Origin: an uncultured cyanobacterium
GTDB taxonomy: Bacteria > Cyanobacteriota > Cyanobacteriia > PCC-9006 > JAAUQQ01
Direction of reading: 5' to 3'
Length of the DNA stretch: 64,000 nt
Assembly: GCA_963718615.1 (NCBI GenBank)
Contig: OY970368.1
Location: 5,056,001-5,120,000, forward strand
Of this stretch, positions 1 to 10,795 are shown piece by piece; position 1 is the stretch's first letter, and each line of letters starts with the position of its first letter. The notes beneath the pieces were generated by a model. The model was not told the origin of the DNA and did no database searches. It was given only the letters and a program-made list of their open reading frames with translations. Both the position numbers and the translations under genes were made by a program.

Positions 1-2
1 AA

Positions 3-806
3 GCCAGCGCCGAGTCTCTCTTTCCTAGAGTCGCTCAACCGGGTTTCAAACCCCGCATTAGCCCTGGTATTAAACCCTGGGAACTGACCATCGGCATTGG
101 GGTAAGTGCGACAGCGGCGATCGCCGGGGCTCTCTTTCTCACGGCCCCCTTGGGGTCGTTTCAGGCTCTGACAACGGATCGACTGAGTTGGATGCAGGTG
201 ATGGTAGAGCATACCTTCGGGTCTAGGCAGCAGCCATCAAGCCCGCACCTAGCCCAATCCCCCGGCTTCTTCCAGCACCGTCGGGGCCAAACCGCAGCCA
301 AAGGGTCATCATCCGCATCATCTCCCGCACCTCAGCTCGATTTTGCTGATCCCATGATTGCTTCACCCGATGCGTTTATGCCATCCTCCCAGAGCACGTC
401 CTTCAGCTTGGTTTCTTCGGTGGAAGACATTCCGGTTCCCATTTATTTCAGCGCTGACAGTCATTCCCAAACACTATCCGGCACACTGTACGAACTGCCC
501 AGTCAGTCCTATTTAGTCGTGGCTCAACCCGGCCAACGCCTTGCCGTTCGAGTCGAAGGACTCGATGCCACCGTGACGGTTCTGGATAGCCAGGGTCAAG
601 TGATCAATTCTGCTGCCGAAGCCACTCAGCGCTGGGCCGGAGCCTTGCCAGGGAATCAAACCCCAGAACAGACGAAAAATGTTGCGGGAGGCCCGGTAGG
701 GAACAACAGCGGAGAAGATTGGGCGCGCGATCGCTACTTCATCCGAGTCAGCGGCAGCGGCGAATATCAGCTCAGTGTTCGTCTACAACCCCTCAAATCC
801 CGTTAA
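3..806 (+). CDS. 3' part of a membrane-anchored protein with C-terminal PPC-like beta domain (5'-truncated by window; possibly a Ser/Thr kinase tail)
   Basis: Frame of ORF 150..806 stays open back to position 3 and encodes a TM helix (LTIGIGVSATAAIAGALFLTA). C-terminal QSYLVVAQPGQRLAV...YFIRVSG..YQLSV pattern. Kinase identity is inference only. Confidence 0.5.
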   Translation, partial: ASAESLFPRVAQPGFKPRISPGIKPWELTIGIGVSATAAIAGALFLTAPLGSFQALTTDRLSWMQVMVEHTFGSRQQPSSPHLAQSPGFFQHRRGQTAAKGSSSASSPAPQLDFADPMIASPDAFMPSSQSTSFSLVSSVEDIPVPIYFSADSHSQTLSGTLYELPSQSYLVVAQPGQRLAVRVEGLDATVTVLDSQGQVINSAAEATQRWAGALPGNQTPEQTKNVAGGPVGNNSGEDWARDRYFIRVSGSGEYQLSVRLQPLKSR

Positions 807-831
807 ACCCATCACTCCATCACTCCATCCC

Positions 832-1461
832 CTAACTCTCCAACTCCGAAATATCAATCCCCACAATATCCTCTCGCTCCCCCAACGCATCCAAGTCCGA
901 ATTCCCCGCGTCAACCTGTTCCTCCGGCAACAAATTCAGCCGAGGCCGCTGCACCACATAGGGCAAGGCAGCTCCTCGCAACCCTCGCAACACCCGAATC
1001 GGCGTATCATCAAACAGCAAAAATAGCGGCAGCACATCCTCCGCCCCATCGCTGAGCAAATGCTTATAGCGAGGGGGTAAAACCCATTCATAGTCGTTAC
1101 TCAACAACACTTGGGTTTTGCGCCAACGTCCCAGCAAATCCGAAAAATCCTCGCCAGGACGATAGATAAAAATAAAAATTTCGACCCCGGTTTTAATCTT
1201 CCATTCGGGGTCACACATCAAAATGCCAATGTCGCAAGGCAACTCCACCACCTGCTGACGATAGCGATTGACCCCCACCGCCGCTTCTTCAATGCGCAAC
1301 CGAATCAGCGGGAGAGGCACACTAATCAAACTCTCTCCCGGTCGGCGCATGCTGGGGAGCATTTCCAGGTAGGGACGGAACTGTTTGAGCAGTTCGATTA
1401 GGGCATGGCGATCGCTATACTCCGCCAGCAGCGCCTCATAGTGGGCAGGATTCAGGGACAT
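832..1461 (-). CDS. conserved cyanobacterial hypothetical protein downstream of pilC
   Basis: 209 aa ORF starting 3 bp after the pilC stop; conserved-looking LMCDPEWKIKTG motif. Confidence 0.7.
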   Translation of the reverse strand: MSLNPAHYEALLAEYSDRHALIELLKQFRPYLEMLPSMRRPGESLISVPLPLIRLRIEEAAVGVNRYRQQVVELPCDIGILMCDPEWKIKTGVEIFIFIYRPGEDFSDLLGRWRKTQVLLSNDYEWVLPPRYKHLLSDGAEDVLPLFLLFDDTPIRVLRGLRGAALPYVVQRPRLNLLPEEQVDAGNSDLDALGEREDIVGIDISELES

Positions 1462-1464
1462 GAT

Positions 1465-2694
1465 TTAGCCCATGGTATCGAAGACCTTGAACATCGGTAG
1501 ATACATGGAGAGGAGAATCGTACCAACCATGCCGCCAACCACCACAATCATCATGGGCTCCAGAATACTCGTCATGGCTTTTACCGCCTGCTCCACTTCA
1601 TCCTCATAAAAATCGGCCACTTTCATCAACATCGCATCTAGTTCACCGGTTTCCTCACCAATCATCATCATTTGCAGCGCCATCGTAGGAAAGGCCTTTT
1701 CCTGAGCCAAAGCAGAACTGATCATGCCACCGCTTTGGACCTCAATGCGAGCATTATCAATGGTGTCGGCAATCACTTGGTTACCGGAAGTATCTCGAAC
1801 AATTTCCAGAGAGGTTAGAATTGGCACCCCTGCTCGGGTTAAGGCACCAAAGGTTCTGGAGAAACGCGCCACAGAGTTTTTCTGAATCAAATCACCAAAT
1901 AAAGGCACATTCAGCGAAAGGCGATCGACGGTCTTCCGACCCACAGGGGTTTTGTAATACTGTTTGAAGGCAAAGACCGCACCGACGATCACGCCAAACA
2001 TCAACAGGATATTGAGCGGTTGTCTCAAAAATCCACTAATCCCCAACATAATCCGCGTAAATAGCGGCAGTTCAGTCCCCAAGGTTGCAAAAATTTCAGC
2101 AAAAATCGGAATGAGAAAAATCGTCAACCCGAGAAAGACTAATAAAGCAAACGAACCAACCGTGACCGGATAGGTCATGGCGGATTTAATTTGGTTCTGC
2201 AACCGGGCCGTATCTTCCAACAATTTTGAAAGACGGGCGAGGACTTCGTCTAAAACGCCGCCGATTTCCCCGGCTTGGATCATGGCGATGTAGAGGCGAT
2301 CGAAACATTGGGGAAACTTTCGCATAGACTCCGACATATTGGAGCCCTGTTGCACATCTTCACTCAGCGCCTCTAGGGCTTTCTTCAGCTTGGGATTGGC
2401 ACATTGCTCTGAGAGGATGCCGAGCGATCGCACAATCGGCACCCCCGCATTGACCATCACCGAGAGCTGCCGCGAAAAGACGGCCTTATCTTTAACCGTC
2501 ACCTTGGCCATCGCTTCGCTCAGGTTAAATTTACCTAAGCTTTCGAGGTCAAAGCCCTGGGACTCAGTCAAGTCCTGAACGAATAGCCCTTGATCCCGCA
2601 ACAACGCACGGGCATCACGGGCATTAGGAGCCTCAACTTTGCGCTTGCTAATTTGTCCCTGACCATCGCGAATCTGTGCAACGTAAGTCGCCAT
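1465..2694 (-). CDS. pilC: type IV pilus inner-membrane platform protein PilC (GspF family)
   Basis: FSRQLSVMVNAGVP, AGEIGGVLDEVL, IGEETGELDAML, SMYLPMF motifs; follows pilT. Confidence 0.96.
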   Translation of the reverse strand: MATYVAQIRDGQGQISKRKVEAPNARDARALLRDQGLFVQDLTESQGFDLESLGKFNLSEAMAKVTVKDKAVFSRQLSVMVNAGVPIVRSLGILSEQCANPKLKKALEALSEDVQQGSNMSESMRKFPQCFDRLYIAMIQAGEIGGVLDEVLARLSKLLEDTARLQNQIKSAMTYPVTVGSFALLVFLGLTIFLIPIFAEIFATLGTELPLFTRIMLGISGFLRQPLNILLMFGVIVGAVFAFKQYYKTPVGRKTVDRLSLNVPLFGDLIQKNSVARFSRTFGALTRAGVPILTSLEIVRDTSGNQVIADTIDNARIEVQSGGMISSALAQEKAFPTMALQMMMIGEETGELDAMLMKVADFYEDEVEQAVKAMTSILEPMMIVVVGGMVGTILLSMYLPMFKVFDTMG

Positions 2695-2822
2695 TTCTGC
2701 TCTCCTCGTCAGCGAAGCCTAGTCATACCGTGGACAGAACGCTAAGAAACCCAAAGATTTCCTGGCCCTCTGGAAGAAGTTGGCCCTATCTTAGGGGAAC
2801 TGGGGAAGAATCGGTTAAAATC

Positions 2823-3950
2823 TCATCGACGCACCGCCGGGGGACGCCCTCCCATCGCACCGGCCATATTAGGATTGCCGATTAAACGCTGGAGTTCATC
2901 TGGTTTTGAGGTCTTCGACATGGCCGCCTCAAAGGAAATATCTCCAGATTTATAGAGATTGGCCAAGGCCGTTTCGAGGGTTTCCATGCCCAGCTTTGCG
3001 CCAGTCTGGATTTGCGAATAAATCTGGGCCGTCTTGCCCTCGCGAATCAGGTTAGAAATTGCAGGGGTAATAACCATAATTTCCTGGGCCATCACCCGGC
3101 CAAATTCACCGGGTTTAGGATTCATCTTGGACACCAAGGTTTGGCTAAAGACCGCCACCAGGGAGTTGGAGAGCTGCACCCGCACCTGAGTTTGCTTATC
3201 CGAGGGGAACACGTCGATGATCCGGTCGATGGTCTGAGCCGCAGAACTGGTGTGCAGGGTTCCCATCACCAAGTGACCGGTTTCCGCTGCCGTAATGGCC
3301 AGGTGAATGGTCTCAAGGTCCCGCATCTCACCCACCAGGATGATGTCCGGATCTTCCCGCAAGGCCGACTTCAGCGCATTGGCAAAGCTCTTAGTATCTT
3401 CCCCGAGCTGCCGCTGGTGGATGACGCTCTTGATCGGTTCGTAGACAAATTCAATCGGATCTTCAACGGTCAAAATATGCTCAGCTCGGGTGCGGTTGAT
3501 CAAATCAATCATCGCCGCCAAGGTGGTGGTTTTTCCGGAGCCGGTGGGACCCGTCACCAGGATGAGCCCCCTCGGTTTTTCTGCCATTTCCCGCACCACA
3601 TCTGGCAATCCCAACGACTCAAAGCTCGGAATCTTAGAGCTGAGGGCTCGCAAGCAAGCCGCATAGGTACCGCGATCTTTATAAACATTCACCCGGAAAC
3701 GCGCCAATCCCTTCACCCCGTAGGAGCAGTCTAGTTCCCAGGTTTGTTCAAGGGTTTTCCGTTGGGTGTTGTTGAGCATGCTGAAAATTAGCCGCTGGCA
3801 TTCTTCGGAGGTCATGGGCTCATTGCCAATGGGCGTCAGCTTCCCGCTAATCCGAAAGTAAGGGGGTAAGCCCGCAGAGAGGTGCATGTCGGATCCCCCC
3901 ATCTCCACAAGCTGTTCCATCAAGTCCTCAATCATGAAGTCCATGGCCAT
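2823..3950 (-). CDS. pilT: type IV pilus retraction ATPase PilT
   Basis: Walker A GPTGSGKTT, EDPIE, LREDPDIILVGEMRD, AISNLIRE motif. Confidence 0.97.
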   Translation of the reverse strand: MAMDFMIEDLMEQLVEMGGSDMHLSAGLPPYFRISGKLTPIGNEPMTSEECQRLIFSMLNNTQRKTLEQTWELDCSYGVKGLARFRVNVYKDRGTYAACLRALSSKIPSFESLGLPDVVREMAEKPRGLILVTGPTGSGKTTTLAAMIDLINRTRAEHILTVEDPIEFVYEPIKSVIHQRQLGEDTKSFANALKSALREDPDIILVGEMRDLETIHLAITAAETGHLVMGTLHTSSAAQTIDRIIDVFPSDKQTQVRVQLSNSLVAVFSQTLVSKMNPKPGEFGRVMAQEIMVITPAISNLIREGKTAQIYSQIQTGAKLGMETLETALANLYKSGDISFEAAMSKTSKPDELQRLIGNPNMAGAMGGRPPAVRR

Positions 3951-4020
3951 GGCTGAAAATCTCCTGGTGATAAAAGAAAGGTTTTAAATTGAACCTAGCG
4001 ATTGAACCTGGCTATTAAAC

Positions 4021-6021
4021 CTAGCTAAAGCGAGGCGTCAAACAATAAGGGCAGTCCAACCACTCCTGCTGAAGCCCTGCATTGCAAGTGCGACAGGTGA
4101 GCGAGGTCTTCCGCTTGGCCTTGAGCTCGGATTCAAGACCGGAATCCGTAAAGGTGACCCGCTCCACTTCTGCGAGAGTGGTATAGCCTTCTTGAACCAG
4201 TTGCAAACTGTAGGCTAGCAGGGTTTTCATGCCGCCTTCGACCGCAATTTCCTTGATGCGATCGGTGGAAGCCCCTTGGTTAACGGCGGTTTGTAGTTCT
4301 TCCGTAATCCGCATGACCTCATAAACCCCGACCCGACCTCGGTAGCCACTTCCCCCACAGGTTTCGCAAAGAGACCCAGCAATTTTTTCCCGTTGGATCT
4401 GGTCGGTGGTCAGCGTACGGGCTCGATAGAGCGTCATCTCCAAATCTAGAGACGCGGAAAGACCAAAACGGGCCAGTTCTTCAGGGGTAGGATTGAAGGG
4501 GATTTTGCAATCGCCACAGACCCGCCGTACGAGACGCTGGGCACAAACGCCAATCAACGAAGCGGAGACCATAAACGGCTCAACCCCCATTTCATCCAAC
4601 CGGGCAACCGAGCTGGGAGCATCGTTCGCATGGAGCGTGGTGAGGACCAAGTGGCCCGTTAATGCCGCTTCGATCGCCGTCTTCGCGGTTTCTAGGTCTC
4701 GGGTCTCACCCACCAGAATCACATCAGGATCCTGGCGCATAAAGGCTCGCAGGATTGAGGCAAAGTCCATGCCCTTTTCTCGAATCACCTGAACCTGCGT
4801 GATCCCTGGCAGAGAATATTCAATCGGGTCTTCTGCCGTACTGATATTCAGGCCAGGATCATTGCGTTCGGCTAGACAGGAGTAGAGGGTCGTGGATTTG
4901 CCGGAGCCGGTCGGCCCGGTCACGAGGATCAAGCCAAAGGGCTTGCTGGCCATATCCCGAACCAAGGCCAGCGTGTCGGGGTCTGTAATCAGCTTGTCGA
5001 GACCTAGCTGTGTGGACTCACTATTGAGCAGCCGCATACAGATTTTTTCACCGTAGCGACTGGGAAGTGTATTAACCCGAAAATCGATCCGCTTGCCCTG
5101 GAACGATCGCCGAATCCGACCATCCTGAGGGAGTCGCCGCTCTGCAATGTCCAAATCCGCCATGATCTTGAACCGGGAGGTAATTGCAGGGGTAATTTTT
5201 TTGGGAAATGGCTGGAAGGCTTCCTGCAAAACCCCATCCTTCCGGAAGCGAACCCGCAGAAATTCTTCTTGGGGCTCAATGTGAATATCTGAAGCCCCAT
5301 CGGTCAGGGCCTTGACCATAATTTTGTTCGCTAGACTAATAATCGGAGCCCCTTCCGCGTCCTTAAGCGCCGCGCCTAGGTCGGCCTCTACTTCATCGGC
5401 GGCTTCAACCAGGCCAATATCCTCTAACCCCGCCAAGTCCGACATCACATCCACCGCTTGCTGAGAGGCTTCTTGGCGCTCTCGCTCTAGCTGGCGGTTG
5501 AGATAGCGATCGATCATATGCTCATAGTCTTCCTGAGCAATGACCACCCGCTGGAGCTTTAGTCCCTGGGGCCGCAGGATGCGATTGAGATCATCCTGAG
5601 CGTCCAAATTATCAGGATGCACCATTGCCACCAGAACCGAAGGGGGCTGGGTTTGTTGCCGAGATAGGGGAATGAGCTGATGACGACGACAAATATCGAT
5701 GGGTATCAACGTGTCAATTAATTCCCCAACTTCATCAATGGGCCGTTGCTCCAGCTCTGGGTCTAGGGACTCAACACCATAGAGAATCTTCAGCTCAAAG
5801 AGCTGCTGCTTTTTATACTGGCGGATGAGATCCGGTGGTAAAGCTTGACCCGTCAGGGCTTCGACGATTTGCGTTAGGGGCTTACCGGTTCTACGACTTT
5901 CAACCAGCGCCTGCTGCATTTGATCTCGGTCGACGTAACCTGCTTGAATCAGCTTATTGCCAAAGGGCGAGAAGCTGCCCTGGACAACCAAGGCACGACG
6001 CTGAGAAGAAGAGTTAGTCAT
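4021..6021 (-). CDS. pilB: type IV pilus assembly ATPase PilB (PilB1-type, C-terminal Cys4 zinc ribbon)
   Basis: ASDIHIEP, GPTGSGKS, RQDPDVILVGETRD; terminal CRTC...CPYC as in cyanobacterial PilB1. Confidence 0.96.
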   Translation of the reverse strand: MTNSSSQRRALVVQGSFSPFGNKLIQAGYVDRDQMQQALVESRRTGKPLTQIVEALTGQALPPDLIRQYKKQQLFELKILYGVESLDPELEQRPIDEVGELIDTLIPIDICRRHQLIPLSRQQTQPPSVLVAMVHPDNLDAQDDLNRILRPQGLKLQRVVIAQEDYEHMIDRYLNRQLERERQEASQQAVDVMSDLAGLEDIGLVEAADEVEADLGAALKDAEGAPIISLANKIMVKALTDGASDIHIEPQEEFLRVRFRKDGVLQEAFQPFPKKITPAITSRFKIMADLDIAERRLPQDGRIRRSFQGKRIDFRVNTLPSRYGEKICMRLLNSESTQLGLDKLITDPDTLALVRDMASKPFGLILVTGPTGSGKSTTLYSCLAERNDPGLNISTAEDPIEYSLPGITQVQVIREKGMDFASILRAFMRQDPDVILVGETRDLETAKTAIEAALTGHLVLTTLHANDAPSSVARLDEMGVEPFMVSASLIGVCAQRLVRRVCGDCKIPFNPTPEELARFGLSASLDLEMTLYRARTLTTDQIQREKIAGSLCETCGGSGYRGRVGVYEVMRITEELQTAVNQGASTDRIKEIAVEGGMKTLLAYSLQLVQEGYTTLAEVERVTFTDSGLESELKAKRKTSLTCRTCNAGLQQEWLDCPYCLTPRFS

Positions 6022-6367
6022 GGCGGCTCGAAGAGGGTCTCCTTAGGATTTCAGTATTCCCACAATTCCCTGTAATTTTTCTAGGGAGCAGAGAAATTAA
6101 TATAGGGGCGATCGCCAAAGCCCATCGGCTCTGGGAACAAACCTGGCTTCGCGACTCGGACCTCATAAAAACAGGCTGAAAACCAGGACAATGTTCTGAA
6201 AGTAGGGTGTGTATAGGGTTAAACTACCCCCTATGTGCCACTTCTACTTCCAACGTAGAATAATTGAAAGAGATCCGATGCTAGCGATCTTAGCGGTTCT
6301 ACACCGTGCTGGGTGCTTGCCAATCTTCGTAATCGGCTTAAAGTAAGACACATTCTAGGAATGATAG

Positions 6368-7129
6368 ATGACTGAGTCAGACAAGCAGATGGAGAAAAAT
6401 CTTGAGGAGGTTCGCGCTGAGGCCATGGCGGCAGAGTCCGATCCCCCAGAAATAGCCCCCGAACCCGAAGAAACTCCGACGGATGCGGTCGAGACGCCCC
6501 CCGAGTCGGCTGCTGCTTCTGATGAGGCTGCGGAAGCAGTCGCAGATATCCCTTCCGATTTTGAATCGCTGGAATTAGAGGGAGAAGGCGACGAAACGAT
6601 TTCGCCTGCAGCGGCCCAGGTGGAAGCGCTCACCCGTGAACTGCAAGCGTTGCGAGGACAGGTGGAGGATCGCAACACCCAATATCTGCGAATCACAGCA
6701 GATTTTGAAAACTTTCGTAAACGCACCCGTAAGGAGCAAGACGAGCAGGAAGAGCGCATCAAATGCGCCACAATCCTAGAGTTGTTACCGGTCATTGACA
6801 ACTTTGAACGGGCTCGGGTCCAGCTCAAGGCTGAGGGCGAGGAAGCGGTCAATATCCACAAAAGTTATCAGGGCATCTATAAGCAGCTTGTGGACTGCCT
6901 CAAGCGTATCGGTGTTGCCCCCATGCGAGCGGAAGGCAAAGAGTTTGATCCGATGCTCCATGAGGCGGTGATGCGAGAACCGACCGATGCCCATCCCGAT
7001 GGTACGGTCATCGAGGAACTCCAGCGGGGATATGTGCTGGGTGAACGGGTTTTGAGACATGCCATGGTGCGGGTCGCCGTTGCACCCGAGCCTACCGCTC
7101 CAGCAGAAGAAATCTCGGAGGACGCTTAA
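6368..7129 (+). CDS. grpE: nucleotide exchange factor GrpE
   Basis: ADFENFRKR, LLPVIDNFERA, FDPMLHEAV, GYVLGERVLRHAMV. Confidence 0.97.
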   Translation: MTESDKQMEKNLEEVRAEAMAAESDPPEIAPEPEETPTDAVETPPESAAASDEAAEAVADIPSDFESLELEGEGDETISPAAAQVEALTRELQALRGQVEDRNTQYLRITADFENFRKRTRKEQDEQEERIKCATILELLPVIDNFERARVQLKAEGEEAVNIHKSYQGIYKQLVDCLKRIGVAPMRAEGKEFDPMLHEAVMREPTDAHPDGTVIEELQRGYVLGERVLRHAMVRVAVAPEPTAPAEEISEDA

Positions 7130-7320
7130 TATTGATTGTCTGAATGGGAAGAATAGTCCCTAGTTCTACCCCTCATCCCCTTCCTCAAGGGTGCAAGAGG
7201 TAGTCTCGCTCACGAAACAGGTCGGAATTGCGTGTCAGCATGAGTTAGGGAAACGACTTTTCTGAGCTTGGTTGCACCTGTTCTGCCGATTGCCGCTAGT
7301 TGCTTTTCGCGCTACTCACT

Positions 7321-9297
7321 ATGGGAAAAGTTATAGGAATCGACCTGGGAACCACAAATAGTTGTGTCGCGGTCCTGGAGGGGGGGAAGCCCATCGTTAT
7401 TTCCAATTCGGAAGGCGGGCGAACCACCCCGAGTATGGTGGGTTTTGGCAAATCGGGCGATCGCCTCATTGGTCAATTGGCCAAGCGTCAGGCAGTCACC
7501 AACGCAGAAAACACGGTCTACAGCATCAAGCGTTTTATTGGTCGCCGCTGGGATGATACCCAGGAGGAGCGATCGCGCGTTCCCTACGGCTGCATCAAAG
7601 GACGGGACGATACGGTAGATGTGGAAGTGAGGGGAAAGAACTATACCCCTCAAGAGATTTCTGCCATGGTTCTGCAAAAACTCAAGCAGGATGCAGAAGC
7701 CTTTTTGGGCGAAGCCGTCACCCAAGCCGTCATCACCGTTCCGGCCTACTTCACCGACGCCCAACGCCAAGCCACCAAAGACGCTGGGACGATCGCCGGT
7801 TTGGAGGTGATGCGGATCATCAACGAGCCCACAGCCGCAGCGCTCTCCTACGGTCTGGATAAACAAGAGGAAGACCAAACCATTCTGGTCTTTGACCTCG
7901 GGGGAGGAACGTTCGACGTTTCCATTCTTCAACTCGGCGATGGCGTCTTTGAGGTGAAATCAACCTCCGGCAACAACCATCTCGGGGGCGATGACTTTGA
8001 TAATGTCATTGTCGAATGGATGGTCATGACCTTTAAGGAGCAAGAAGGGGTTGACCTCGCCGCCGACAAAATGGCCCTTCAGCGCCTCCGGGAAGCTGCC
8101 GAGAAAGCCAAAATTGAGCTTTCTAGCATGCAGACCACATCCATCAATCTGCCCTTTATCACAGCGGATGAGAGTGGCCCCAAGCATCTGGAAATGCAGC
8201 TAACCCGTGCCAAGTTTGAGGAATTGGCATTGGATCTGATCAAGGGCACCATCAACCCTGTCCGTCAGGCACTCAAGGATAGCGAGCTCCGGCCTGAAGA
8301 TATCAACCGTATTATTTTGGTCGGGGGCTCTACCCGAATTCCAGCGGTTCAAAAGGCCATTAGTTCCTTCTTTAGCGGCAAAGCACCCGATCGCTCGGTC
8401 AATCCCGACGAAGCCGTTGCCTTGGGGGCGGCCATTCAAGGCGGTGTCTTGGGGGGTGAGGTTAAGGATCTACTCCTGCTCGATGTCATCCCGCTCTCCC
8501 TGGGGATCGAAACCCTCGGGGGCGTCTTCACCAAAATTATTGAACGCAACACTACGATTCCCACCAGCCGCACCCAGTCCTTCTCAACGGCCACCGATGG
8601 CCAAACCATGGTTGAGATCCATGTGCTCCAAGGGGAGCGCGCGATGGTGAATGACAACAAGAGCCTCGGTAAATTCCAGCTCACCGGCATTCCGCCCGCC
8701 CCCCGTGGTGTTCCTCAGATTGAAGTGTCGTTTGATATCGATGCCGATGGCATTCTCAATGTCTCAGCCCGAGATAAGGGGACAGGTCGTGAACAAAGCA
8801 TTCGCATCACCAATACGGGCGGTCTGAGTTCAGCCGAGGTGGAGCGAATGCGCAGCGAGGCTGAAATTTATGCGGAAGATGACGATCGCCGGATTCAACT
8901 GGCGGAGCTCCGTAACCAGGCCGAAACCTTGTTCTATAGCTATGAAACGGCGCTGAAAGACAACAGCGACTTGGTCAGCGATAGCATGAAAGCCCAAGCA
9001 GAAGCCAAACGGGCCGAGCTCGCAGCAGCGGCTGAAACAACAAAAACAACACCCGAAGCCATGAAGGCTCTGTTAGATGAGTTTCAGCAGGTGGTGCTCT
9101 CCATTGGCGCGGCAGTATATCAGCAGTCTAATGCGGCTACACCCGCTTCCATGCCCGACGCAGACGACTTCTTAAGCGTCAGCGAACCATCAATGGCAGA
9201 AGCTGCCACCACAGGCTCTGAGCTCATTGGTGAAGACGACTTCTGTTTTGACGATGAGGAGGATACGGTGGTCTCTGACTACGAGGCGGTGGAATAG
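7321..9297 (+). CDS. dnaK: molecular chaperone DnaK (grpE-linked DnaK1-type paralogue)
   Basis: [25 protein letters not shown], acidic tail; ATG at 7321 preferred over upstream TTG. Confidence 0.97.
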   Translation: MGKVIGIDLGTTNSCVAVLEGGKPIVISNSEGGRTTPSMVGFGKSGDRLIGQLAKRQAVTNAENTVYSIKRFIGRRWDDTQEERSRVPYGCIKGRDDTVDVEVRGKNYTPQEISAMVLQKLKQDAEAFLGEAVTQAVITVPAYFTDAQRQATKDAGTIAGLEVMRIINEPTAAALSYGLDKQEEDQTILVFDLGGGTFDVSILQLGDGVFEVKSTSGNNHLGGDDFDNVIVEWMVMTFKEQEGVDLAADKMALQRLREAAEKAKIELSSMQTTSINLPFITADESGPKHLEMQLTRAKFEELALDLIKGTINPVRQALKDSELRPEDINRIILVGGSTRIPAVQKAISSFFSGKAPDRSVNPDEAVALGAAIQGGVLGGEVKDLLLLDVIPLSLGIETLGGVFTKIIERNTTIPTSRTQSFSTATDGQTMVEIHVLQGERAMVNDNKSLGKFQLTGIPPAPRGVPQIEVSFDIDADGILNVSARDKGTGREQSIRITNTGGLSSAEVERMRSEAEIYAEDDDRRIQLAELRNQAETLFYSYETALKDNSDLVSDSMKAQAEAKRAELAAAAETTKTTPEAMKALLDEFQQVVLSIGAAVYQQSNAATPASMPDADDFLSVSEPSMAEAATTGSELIGEDDFCFDDEEDTVVSDYEAVE

Positions 9298-9326
9298 GTG
9301 AAAGCCTTTCCTGCCGATTTTTGGCA

Positions 9327-9358
9327 TTGCGCATCTGAATCTCCCCTCGGATGCGCAA
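9327..9358 (+). terminator. stem-loop between dnaK and dnaJ
   Basis: TTGCGCATCTGA-N8-TCGGATGCGCAA inverted repeat; no U-tract, so it may be an mRNA-stabilising hairpin. Confidence 0.45.
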
Positions 9359-9414
9359 ATAATTGTTAAGGTTGAAATTGCTCTCTCCTGCGGATTGTTA
9401 CTCCCAATCTCTCT

Positions 9415-10536
9415 ATGGCCCGTGACTACTACGAGATTCTAGGTGTCCCCCGAACAGCGGACAAAGATGAGCTGAAGCGAGCTTACCGTCGCCTTGCCCG
9501 TAAGTATCACCCCGATGTGAACCGAGAGCAGGGGGCAGAGGAGCGTTTTAAGGAAATCAATCGCGCCTACGAAGTCCTCTCTGAGCCCGAAACCCGAGCC
9601 GCCTACGATCGTTTTGGCGAAGCCGGGATCTCAGGGGCCGGGGGACCGGGTTTTCAAGACATGGGAGATATGGGCGGCTTTGCCGATATCTTTGAAAGCT
9701 TTTTTAGTGGCTTTGCTGGGGGAGGCCCCGCCGGAGCCACGCGGCGTCGGGGACCCATGCGAGGGGACGATCTGCGGCTGGATCTACGGCTGGATTTTCA
9801 AGAAGCCATTTTTGGGGGCGACAAGGAAATCCGCATCAATCATCTAGAGACCTGTAACTCCTGCTCCGGCAGCGGTGCAAAACCTGGGACTCGTCCGCGT
9901 CCCTGTCCGACCTGCTCCGGCAGCGGCCAAGTTCGTCGCGCCACCCGGACGCCCTTTGGCAGCTTTACTCAGGTTTCGGTTTGCCCCAACTGTGAGGGCT
10001 CGGGCCAAATTATTGAGGACAAATGTATTGATTGTGGTGGCTCGGGCCAAAAGCAAATCAAGAAGAAGCTCAAAATTACGGTGCCCCCCGGTGTAGACAG
10101 CGGTACGAGGCTACGGGTACCGGGTGAGGGAGATGCGGGTCAGCGCAATGGCCTTCCAGGGGATCTCTACGTCTATCTCTATGTCAACGAAGACCCCAAA
10201 TTCCGGCGGGATGGGATTAATATTCTGTCGGATATCAAGGTGACCTATTTGCAGGCCATTTTGGGGTGTCACATTGAAGTGGAAACGGTTGATGGTCCAG
10301 CGGAGGTAACGATTCCTGCCGGGACGCAGCCGAACACGGTGTTGACGCTAGAAAAGCGGGGTGTTCCTCGCTTGGGGGATCCCGACACCCGTGGTGACCA
10401 TCTGATGACCGTTTTGGTGGAAATTCCGACCAAACTCTCCCCTGAAGAGCGTGATCTCCTAGAAGGGCTGGCCCGATTGCGGGGAGAACAAACCGGTAAA
10501 GGGGGAGGCTTTCTCGGGGGCCTTTTCCGGAGCTAG
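9415..10536 (+). CDS. dnaJ: chaperone DnaJ (type A)
   Basis: J-domain HPD, G/F region, four CxxCxGxG repeats. Confidence 0.97.
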   Translation: MARDYYEILGVPRTADKDELKRAYRRLARKYHPDVNREQGAEERFKEINRAYEVLSEPETRAAYDRFGEAGISGAGGPGFQDMGDMGGFADIFESFFSGFAGGGPAGATRRRGPMRGDDLRLDLRLDFQEAIFGGDKEIRINHLETCNSCSGSGAKPGTRPRPCPTCSGSGQVRRATRTPFGSFTQVSVCPNCEGSGQIIEDKCIDCGGSGQKQIKKKLKITVPPGVDSGTRLRVPGEGDAGQRNGLPGDLYVYLYVNEDPKFRRDGINILSDIKVTYLQAILGCHIEVETVDGPAEVTIPAGTQPNTVLTLEKRGVPRLGDPDTRGDHLMTVLVEIPTKLSPEERDLLEGLARLRGEQTGKGGGFLGGLFRS

Positions 10537-10543
10537 GGCGACC

Positions 10544-10795
10544 ATGACTATCCAAACACAGCCTTACGAATCCCTCGATCTGCGAGGCACGCCTTGTCCC
10601 CTCAATTTTGTGCGGACTAAGCTCAAGCTTGAACAACTGCCCCCTGGCACCTTGCTTGAGGTCTGGCTGGATCCGGGGGAACCGATCGAACAGGTGCCCG
10701 ATAGCCTGAAGATGAGCGGTTATCCCATTGAAAGTTTGGAAGCGCGGGAGGGTTTCTTTGCGCTCCAAGTGCGGCGTCCTGCGGAAGCTTCATGA
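10544..10795 (+). CDS. TusA/SirA family sulfur carrier protein
   Basis: LDLRGTPCPLNFVRTKL motif. Confidence 0.9.
   Translation: MTIQTQPYESLDLRGTPCPLNFVRTKLKLEQLPPGTLLEVWLDPGEPIEQVPDSLKMSGYPIESLEAREGFFALQVRRPAEAS

Noticed and set aside
4021-4100. PilB C-terminal Cys4 extension as a novelty
   Set aside because: Known feature of cyanobacterial PilB1 (Hfq-interacting tail).
6022-6367. CIRCE element upstream of grpE-dnaK-dnaJ
   Set aside because: No TTAGCACTC-N9-GAGTGCTAA match seen.
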